DNA of 64,000 nucleotides from Halarcobacter sp. (GTDB taxonomy: Bacteria; Campylobacterota; Campylobacteria; Campylobacterales; Arcobacteraceae): contig CP182352.1 of assembly GCA_048571215.1 (NCBI GenBank), positions 1,856,001-1,920,000 on the forward strand, given 5' to 3'. Each line of letters begins with the position of its first letter. The stretch's first letter is position 1. The position numbers and the translations under genes are program-made. Positions 57,389 to 64,000 of this stretch are shown here, piece by piece. The notes below the pieces were generated by a model, which saw only the letters and a list, made by a program, of their open reading frames with translations, made no database searches and had not been told where the DNA came from.

Positions 57389-58457
57389 CTAAGATAAACT
57401 CCTTTTTTATCATCTCTTTTCCATTTATTATAATAGAAATATGGTGTTTGCCTAAATAGTGTTTTCTTGTAGTCATATTTTTAAAACTCTGTTTTTTTAC
57501 AAATTTCTTATTTTTTGATTTTATCTCATTTTGACTTATCATAAAAACTTTTTTATTATGTGTCATATTTGACTTTAAATAATACAAACCATACTCAACC
57601 CTTACATTACCAAGTTCTTCATCTGAATTAAGTTCAAAAGAGAAATTTAAATAATCATCAACTTTTACAAGCTCATCACAAATAAAATTAGAAATATTTA
57701 CATGATGTGATTTGCCAAAAGAAAATAACTCCAATACTTCTTTATCTCCCCTTTTAAGTAAAGTTCGAGAGGCATGCTTACATATCCAATCAAGCTCTTT
57801 GGAAACTCCAAGATTGTTTTTAACAAACTCAATTACAAGTTCTGGATTATCTTTTGAGATATCATTAAGATTGTTTGCTACAGATTTTTGTACATATTTA
57901 GAAGGGTCATTTTTAAGAAGTTCAATTATCTCAAAGACTTTTGATGGATTTGCTTTAAATCTAGGAAGTGCCACAGCCCAAGGAAGTCTAGGACGACACC
58001 CTTCACTTGCAAGTCTTCTAATATGCTCATTTGAACTTTTAGCCCAAAGTTTCATTTGTTGCATAGTTTTATCTTCATATTTTAATATAAACTGTCTTAT
58101 TGCAAACTCAGAACTAGAATCAATTGTAAATACTTCTAGTGCATCCATAGAGTTCTCAAAATCATCTAATCCATAAACTTCCACAAAGTCTTGAAAAAAC
58201 ATTGCTTCAAAGCCACTAAAATCTTTTGATGCAGGTTTTAATACCTCAAGTTGCTTTTTATAAGACAAGAGTAAAAACTCATTAAGTGCAATTGCAATAT
58301 GTCTCATTCGCATCTTTAGTTCTAAAGTTTCCCAAGTGGGGTTAAATATAGAGTTTATAAAGCCATCAGTATCAAAGTTAAGGTAGTTTTCTTTTATCTT
58401 TAAACTTAGGTTTTTTATATACTCTTTAGTATATACATTTTTTAGTTGTTCTGCCAT
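57372..58457 (-). CDS. DNA alkylation repair protein (AlkD-like HEAT repeats)
   Basis: LELKMRMRHI, SSEFAIR, HIRRLASEGCRPRLPW, YVQKSVANNLNDISKDNP. Confidence 0.88.
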   Translation of the reverse strand: MAEQLKNVYTKEYIKNLSLKIKENYLNFDTDGFINSIFNPTWETLELKMRMRHIAIALNEFLLLSYKKQLEVLKPASKDFSGFEAMFFQDFVEVYGLDDFENSMDALEVFTIDSSSEFAIRQFILKYEDKTMQQMKLWAKSSNEHIRRLASEGCRPRLPWAVALPRFKANPSKVFEIIELLKNDPSKYVQKSVANNLNDISKDNPELVIEFVKNNLGVSKELDWICKHASRTLLKRGDKEVLELFSFGKSHHVNISNFICDELVKVDDYLNFSFELNSDEELGNVRVEYGLYYLKSNMTHNKKVFMISQNEIKSKNKKFVKKQSFKNMTTRKHYLGKHHISIIINGKEMIKKEFILDDTSN

Positions 58458-58653
58458 CTTTTCTCTTTTTAAATTAGTTTTGATATTAAATCATTTGCAC
58501 TTATATCTATCTTATTTTAAATATAACGTAGGAAAGTTCATACTATAGAATTATTCTATTTAGTAGTATTAAGGTTTTAAGACTATATTATATAAAATAC
58601 TTGACTAATAAATAATTATACATCGAATATACAAGAGGTGTATAGAATAATCT

Positions 58654-59619
58654 CTATTTTAATGAAGAAAAATTATTAGAGTAAACTTCAAACCTATTGC
58701 GGCCATAATTCTTGGCTTTATAAAGTGCTTGATCTGCATTGTCCATTAAATTTTCAATACTAGTTTTTGTAGAAGTGATACCTATACTAACAGTTAATAA
58801 TTGATTAAACTTTGAATATGAATGTTTAATATTTAAATCAAGTATGCATTGAAGAATTTTTTTTGCAATAATTTGTGCTTTTTCTAGAGGTGTATAAGGT
58901 AGTATTACCACAATCTCTTCACCACCATAGCGTGCAACAAAATCAGTTTTTCTTGATAATACATTTTTTATTTGATTAGAGACTCTAAATAAAATAATAT
59001 CACCATTTATATGTCCATACATATCATTGTATTCTTTAAAATTATCAATATCAATTAATAAGAAAGAAAACTCTATCCCTGATCTTTTAGTGGCTTGTAA
59101 CTCTAATACAAGTCTTTCGTCATATGCTCTTCTATTTGGTATATTTGTTAATTGATCAACATAACTTAATTTAAGTAGTTTTTTATTTGATTCTTCTAAT
59201 TCAAATGTCAGTAATTGAAGGGATTTCTCATTAGCTTTAATTTTTGTAACATCTCTTGCTATCGCAATAGAACCAATAATATTATTATCTTCATCTTTCA
59301 TATTATGTGTATTCCAAGATAAGATTTTTTTAGTACCATCTTTAGAAATTATAGTTGTTTCAAAATCTATAATTTCGTCTCCCTTATTGATAATTTTAAG
59401 TGCTTTATTGTGAATTGAAGTGCGATACTCTACATCTGGATAAAGTAGTTCCCATATATTACTATTGCCAAGTACTTCTTCTTTAGTGTAACCACTTATT
59501 CTTTCTGCTGCTTTATTCCACATGAGCACATTGGCATCATTATCCAGCATATTTAACCACATAACAGTATTATTTAAGATGATTTTTTGAAATTCTTTAT
59601 CAATTAATGAATTTAACAT
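58654..59619 (-). CDS. PAS-GGDEF diguanylate cyclase
   Basis: PAS (WNKAAERISGY), DQLTNIPNRR, DIDNFK.YND.YGH..GD, RKTD I-site, RYGGEEI. Confidence 0.93.
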   Translation of the reverse strand: MLNSLIDKEFQKIILNNTVMWLNMLDNDANVLMWNKAAERISGYTKEEVLGNSNIWELLYPDVEYRTSIHNKALKIINKGDEIIDFETTIISKDGTKKILSWNTHNMKDEDNNIIGSIAIARDVTKIKANEKSLQLLTFELEESNKKLLKLSYVDQLTNIPNRRAYDERLVLELQATKRSGIEFSFLLIDIDNFKEYNDMYGHINGDIILFRVSNQIKNVLSRKTDFVARYGGEEIVVILPYTPLEKAQIIAKKILQCILDLNIKHSYSKFNQLLTVSIGITSTKTSIENLMDNADQALYKAKNYGRNRFEVYSNNFSSLK

Positions 59620-59926
59620 ATATAGTATAACTCCATATACTAACTAAATATAATATAGTTGATAGTATACCATAATTGTGATTTCTTAAAACTAAACATA
59701 CAAAATATACATTTAATGCTTTTTTCTAACAATTAAACAACAAATTTTATGTGTATCATGCTGCACATTCACTTAATCTTATTGGGAATTGGATTCATGA
59801 AGTGACTAAAAAACAAATAAATAACTAGATATTAGTAATCACTTGATATCAAAATATCTAAAATTATTAAGTATAAGTAGGATAGTATATTTTATAATTA
59901 ATATTATCAAAGATTAAAATTTATGT

Positions 59927-61255
59927 GGGAGTGTTAGAAAATCTGTGTCAGTCTGATATAATAAATATTATAAGGATTGATATAGATGGAAAAGAAAAAA
60001 CAATTTGATTTTAATGAAGCTGTACAAGATTTACTTGCAGGTAAAAATATCAATGGTAAAGATGGAGTACTTGCTCCATTAGTAAAACAATTAGTTGAAG
60101 CTGCTTTAGAAGCAGAATTAGATTCTCATATAACTCAAGATGTATTTGCAGGAAATAAAAATAGAAAGAATGGTAAAAGCTCTAAAACAATAAAATCAAC
60201 AAGTGGTTCCTTTGAATTGAATACTCCAAGAGATAGAACAGGTTCTTTTGAACCACAACTTGTAAAGAAAAACCAAACAACAATGTCTAATGAAATAGAA
60301 GAAAAGATATTATCTATGTATGGCTTAGGATTAAGCTATAGAGATATTATAAAACATATTGAAGAGATATATCAAATACAATTATCAAGTGCAACAATAA
60401 GCACTATTACAGATAAAATTATAGATAAGGTAAAAGCTTGGCAAAGTAGACCTTTAGAAGCTATTTATCCATTTGTATGGCTTGATGCGATACATTATAA
60501 AATAAAAGATGGTGGGAAGTATGTGAGTAAAGCAGTTTACACAGTTTTAGGGATGGGAATTGATGGTAAAAAAGATATATTAGGATTATATTTATCCCAA
60601 AGTGAAGGAGCAAACTTCTGGCTTAGTGTTCTTACTGATTTAAATAATAGAGGATTAGAAGATATACTAATTGCATCAGTAGATGGTCTTAAAGGCTTTC
60701 CTGAAGCTATTAAAACAATATATCCAAATACCGAAGTACAACTTTGTGTTGTACATCAAATTCGTAATTCATTGAAGTATGTAGCTTCTAAAGACCAAAA
60801 AGAGTTTATGAGAGATTTAAAACTTGTTTATCAAGCAACAACAAAAGAACTTGCAGAAGATGAGCTTTTAAAACTAGATGAAAAATGGGGAAAAGATATC
60901 CCATAGTACTTCAATCTTGGCAAAATAAATGGGAGAATTTATCTTATTATTTTAAATATCCAAAAGAGATAAGAAAGATTATGTACACTACAAATATTAT
61001 TGAATCTGTACATAGGCAATTTAGAAAATTAACCAAAACAAAAGGAGCTTTCCCTAATGAGAATTCACTTTTAAAATTGTTGTATATGGGAATATTAAAT
61101 GCAAAAGTAAAATGGACTCAGCCAGTGCATAATTGGAGTTTAACAATCTCCCAACTTGCTATATTTTTCGAAGGGAGATTGGATAATTATTTAGAGTTGT
61201 AACAAGTATGGATTTGTTACTTTAGGTGACTTGACACAGATTTTTGAACGGTCTC
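59927..61255 (+). mobile_element. IS256-family insertion sequence, 1329 bp, 8-bp target-site duplication ATTTATGT
   Basis: IRL GGGAGTGTTAGAAAATCTGTGTCA vs reverse-complement IRR GAGACCGTTCAAAAATCTGTGTCA (19/24); TSD at 59919-59926 and 61256-61263. Confidence 0.95.
59986..61202 (+). pseudogene. IS256-family transposase split by a -1 frameshift near 60890
   Basis: PRDR.GSFEP, WQSRPL, WLDA, DGLKGF, CVVH in ORF1; YTTNIIES.HRQFRK in ORF2; junction TGG GGA AAA GAT. Confidence 0.9.
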
Positions 61256-61294
61256 ATTTATGTTTAATTTACCTCTTCCCTCACCGGAGAAAAA

Positions 61295-62026
61295 ATGTTC
61301 TATAGGAGAAATAAAATACCACGAGTTAAATATCCACATATATATCTTGTTGTCCTAGCAATTATATGGCTTGGACTCTATCTTGATGGTTTACATCAGG
61401 CACATCAAACCTATACAACTACTATAGTGATTATGGCATTTGTATGGGTTTACTATTTTGCATCAAAGCCTATAAAACAGCTTATGCTTTTTGGTCTCAT
61501 TGTAGCTTTAATGGGAGAGATAGTTTTTGCTTTGATTTTGGGAATGTATACTTATAGACTAGATAATATTCCTATTTATGTGCCCTTTGGACATGCTCTT
61601 ATCTATGCAAGTGTTTATTATTTGGTAAAAGAGCCTTTAATTTTAAAACATAAAAAGAAAATTATTATGTTTCTTTACTATAGTATGATACTTTATTCAA
61701 CTCTTTGGCTTATTTTTGCAAATGATGTTTTAGGGTTTACTTGTATGTTAGTTATTTTGGCTGTGTTTAAACGCTATGCATATACGAAACTTTTTTTTCT
61801 ATTTATGTTTTTCTTTGTCGTTTATTTAGAGCTTTTAGGCACATATTACGGATGTTGGTCTTGGCCACCCATTTGGTTTGACAAATTTTCATTGTTTATT
61901 AGTGCAAATCCACCTAGTGGAATATCAGTTTTCTATTTTGGTTTTGATGCTGGTTGTTTATGGTTCTATAAACATTATAACAAAGAAAGATGGAGACGTA
62001 TAAGAAAACTAAGAGTTAGGGGATAA
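61295..62026 (+). CDS. Hypothetical multi-pass membrane protein
   Basis: Several TM segments; GMYTYRLDNIP.YVP.GH and ELLGT..GCW.W...ANPPSG motifs; GGAG SD; start uncertain. Confidence 0.8.
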   Translation: MFYRRNKIPRVKYPHIYLVVLAIIWLGLYLDGLHQAHQTYTTTIVIMAFVWVYYFASKPIKQLMLFGLIVALMGEIVFALILGMYTYRLDNIPIYVPFGHALIYASVYYLVKEPLILKHKKKIIMFLYYSMILYSTLWLIFANDVLGFTCMLVILAVFKRYAYTKLFFLFMFFFVVYLELLGTYYGCWSWPPIWFDKFSLFISANPPSGISVFYFGFDAGCLWFYKHYNKERWRRIRKLRVRG

Positions 62027-62040
62027 AAAGTAAGAAGAGA

Positions 62041-62058
62041 GAAGAGGATCGCCTCTTC
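62041..62058 (-). terminator. Intrinsic terminator after leuA
   Basis: GAAGAGG-atcg-CCTCTTC with a pyrimidine/T tract on the minus strand. Confidence 0.7.
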
Positions 62059-63358
62059 AAGAAAAAGAGTTTTTATATAACTCTATAATCTCTTCTTTTC
62101 TTAATTCCCTTTGTAATTTATCACTTTGCTCTTTTACTAAAATACCAAATCTTATGGACTCCTCTTTAGTTAAATCCTCTCCAAAAAATTCACTTATGAT
62201 AAAAGCAACTCCTCCTTTTCCTGATTGGGAATTTACTCTAATAACATTCTCATATCCTCTTTTTATATCTTTTGGGTCTATTGGCAAGTATGGGACATTC
62301 CACTCTTGGCAATTTTCTTTTCTATAAAAGTCAATTCCTTTTTTTATAGCATCTTGATGTCCTCCACTAAAGGCTGTGAAAATCATATCTCCCACGTATG
62401 GATGTCTTGGATTTATATTTAACTTTGTTAAGTTCTCATACATCTTTTTTACTTCATCTACTATTGATAAATCAAGGGTAGAATCAATACCTTGTGAATG
62501 TAAATTAAAAGCAAAATTTATTAAGTCCAAGTTCCCTGCTCTTTCACCATTTCCAAATAGTGTTCCTTCTACTCTATTTGCTCCTGCTAAAACTGCAAGT
62601 TCTGCTGAAGCTACTGATGTTCCTCTGTCATTGTGAGGATGAACACTTATTATAAGTGCTTCTCTGTTGTTCAAATTATTGCACATCCACTCTATTCTAT
62701 CTGCATAAATATTTGCAGTGCATGCTTCTAGGGTATTTGGTAAGTTTATTATCATCTTATTTTGTATAGTTGGTTTTGCTACATCGATTACTTTATTACA
62801 TATTTTTACAGCAAACTCTAAATCAGTTTGGGAAAAACTCTCTGGGGAATAATCATAGATAACATTGCCCTCAAAATCTTTAGTAAGCTCTACTAAGTAT
62901 CTCATTGACTCAACTGCCATGTTTATTATCTCTTCATCACTTTTTTTAAACACAACTCTTCTTTGGAACTCATTTGTAGGATTGTATAAATGAAAAATTC
63001 CATTTTTTACTCCTCTCATAGCTTCAACACTTCTTTTTATCCACTCTTTTTTTGCTGGAATTAATACTTGAATAAAAACATCATCAGGGATTAGCTTCTC
63101 TTCAATCAATTTTCTTGTAAAATTAAAATCAGTATCACTAGCACTTGGATAAGATACTTCTATTTGTTTAAATCCTATCTTTACTAAAGTATTAAAATAC
63201 TCCAACTTTTGCTCTATATTTAAGGGGTTTATTAAAGCTTGGTTTCCATCTCTTAAATCTACGCTTCCATAAATAGGTGCTTTTGTGATTTGATTATTTG
63301 GCCAAGTTCGTACGAAATTTTTGACAATAGGATATTGTCTATATTTTTTATATGTCAT
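62057..63358 (-). CDS. leuA: 2-isopropylmalate synthase, short form lacking the C-terminal regulatory domain
   Basis: SVDLRDGNQAL, YSPESF, INLPNT, SVHPHNDRG, GTLFGNGERAGN, TAFSGGHQDAIKKG, IRVNSQSGKGG; likely start is the second ATG (63358) after GGAG. Confidence 0.92.
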   Translation of the reverse strand: MTYKKYRQYPIVKNFVRTWPNNQITKAPIYGSVDLRDGNQALINPLNIEQKLEYFNTLVKIGFKQIEVSYPSASDTDFNFTRKLIEEKLIPDDVFIQVLIPAKKEWIKRSVEAMRGVKNGIFHLYNPTNEFQRRVVFKKSDEEIINMAVESMRYLVELTKDFEGNVIYDYSPESFSQTDLEFAVKICNKVIDVAKPTIQNKMIINLPNTLEACTANIYADRIEWMCNNLNNREALIISVHPHNDRGTSVASAELAVLAGANRVEGTLFGNGERAGNLDLINFAFNLHSQGIDSTLDLSIVDEVKKMYENLTKLNINPRHPYVGDMIFTAFSGGHQDAIKKGIDFYRKENCQEWNVPYLPIDPKDIKRGYENVIRVNSQSGKGGVAFIISEFFGEDLTKEESIRFGILVKEQSDKLQRELRKEEIIELYKNSFS

Positions 63359-63427
63359 TTTATTCTCCATGATTTTATATATTTTGCAAATATTTGCGAC
63401 TAAAATTGATAAGGTTTGGTTTGAAAA

Positions 63428-63499
63428 TTATTTAGTGAGTAAGAGGTTTGAGAGTAGATTGTTTATTTGAATATGATTATATTGTTTTATACTATTCAT
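63428..63499 (-). CDS. Putative leucine leader peptide MNSIKQYNHIQINNLLSNLLLTK
   Basis: AAGGAG SD; 5 Leu in 7 codons (CTA CTC tca aac CTC TTA CTC); directly upstream of leuA. Confidence 0.78.
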   Translation of the reverse strand: MNSIKQYNHIQINNLLSNLLLTK

Positions 63500-63565
63500 A
63501 ATTTCTCCTTTTATTTACCTAAGTATATAGAATAAAAAAAAATAAATCTTGTACAAAATTAACAT

Positions 63566-64000
63566 TTATGAAAGTATATTTTTTTGATACTCTTTTGGTG
63601 TGATTTGAAAGATTCTTTTAAAACTTCTATTTAAATGGCTTTGGTCAAAGAAACCACTTTGTAAGGCCACTTCTATAATTGGTAGTTTTGAGTTTAAAAG
63701 TTCTTTTGCCTTGTGAACTTTTTTATTGATTATATATGAATGAATAGCTAAACCAAACTCTTTTTTAAAAACTCTTATTAGATGTACAACACTTATATCA
63801 AACTCTTTTGAGATATCTTCTAAAATAATATCTTCCAAAAAGTTTTCATCTAGATAGTTTTTTATTTTTATAGATAAAGAGTTCTTTTCTACTTGTTTAA
63901 TCTCTTCTTTTAAAAAAAAAGTATTTAAACAAAACTCAATAAATAGCTCTTCTTTTTCCAATAAAGAGACATCCTCAGCCAATAATATTTCACATAGATT
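63566..64000 (-). CDS. AraC-family transcriptional regulator (3' part; starts beyond window)
   Basis: HLIRVFKKEFG, VALQSGFFDQSHLNRSFKRIFQITPKEY; frame open to the window edge. Confidence 0.92.
   Translation of the reverse strand, partial: NLCEILLAEDVSLLEKEELFIEFCLNTFFLKEEIKQVEKNSLSIKIKNYLDENFLEDIILEDISKEFDISVVHLIRVFKKEFGLAIHSYIINKKVHKAKELLNSKLPIIEVALQSGFFDQSHLNRSFKRIFQITPKEYQKNILS

Noticed and set aside
59700..59830. Short + strand frame FYVYHAAHSLNLIGNWIHEVTKK, possibly a gene remnant
   Set aside because: No clear start or SD and no motif I can identify

Overview
Very AT-rich chromosomal DNA, most likely from a member of the Arcobacteraceae (Campylobacterota). This is inferred from ciaB, prepilin sites with Ala/Ser at -1 and overall gene content. 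No rRNA, tRNA or CRISPR array is visible. The left part carries a TRAP transporter with its two-component system, pxpA, a Pit transporter, aat and htpG (with a CIRCE). htpG is flanked by two accessory, possibly defence-related genes (an HD-domain/HSP90-ATPase fusion and a RhuM/PLD-like fusion) and by a nested palindromic element. The centre is a 27.6-kb co-oriented minus-strand cluster (24030-51629): a 2704-aa Ig/cadherin-repeat lipoprotein, four secreted proteins, a type II secretion system (no prepilin peptidase seen) and a LetAB-like 7-MCE transporter. The five secreted/surface proteins are linked by two shared modules I cannot name, and one 308-aa protein carries both. This suggests a T2SS-fed scaffold/adaptor/cargo surface assembly and is the best candidate for an undescribed system. 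The right part has a GGDEF relic, a nitroreductase, NAD-GDH, ybaK, an AlkD-like protein, a diguanylate cyclase, a complete but frameshifted IS256-family element, and a short-form leuA preceded by an unannotated Leu-rich leader peptide. All family calls come from motif recognition by eye; no database searches were run.
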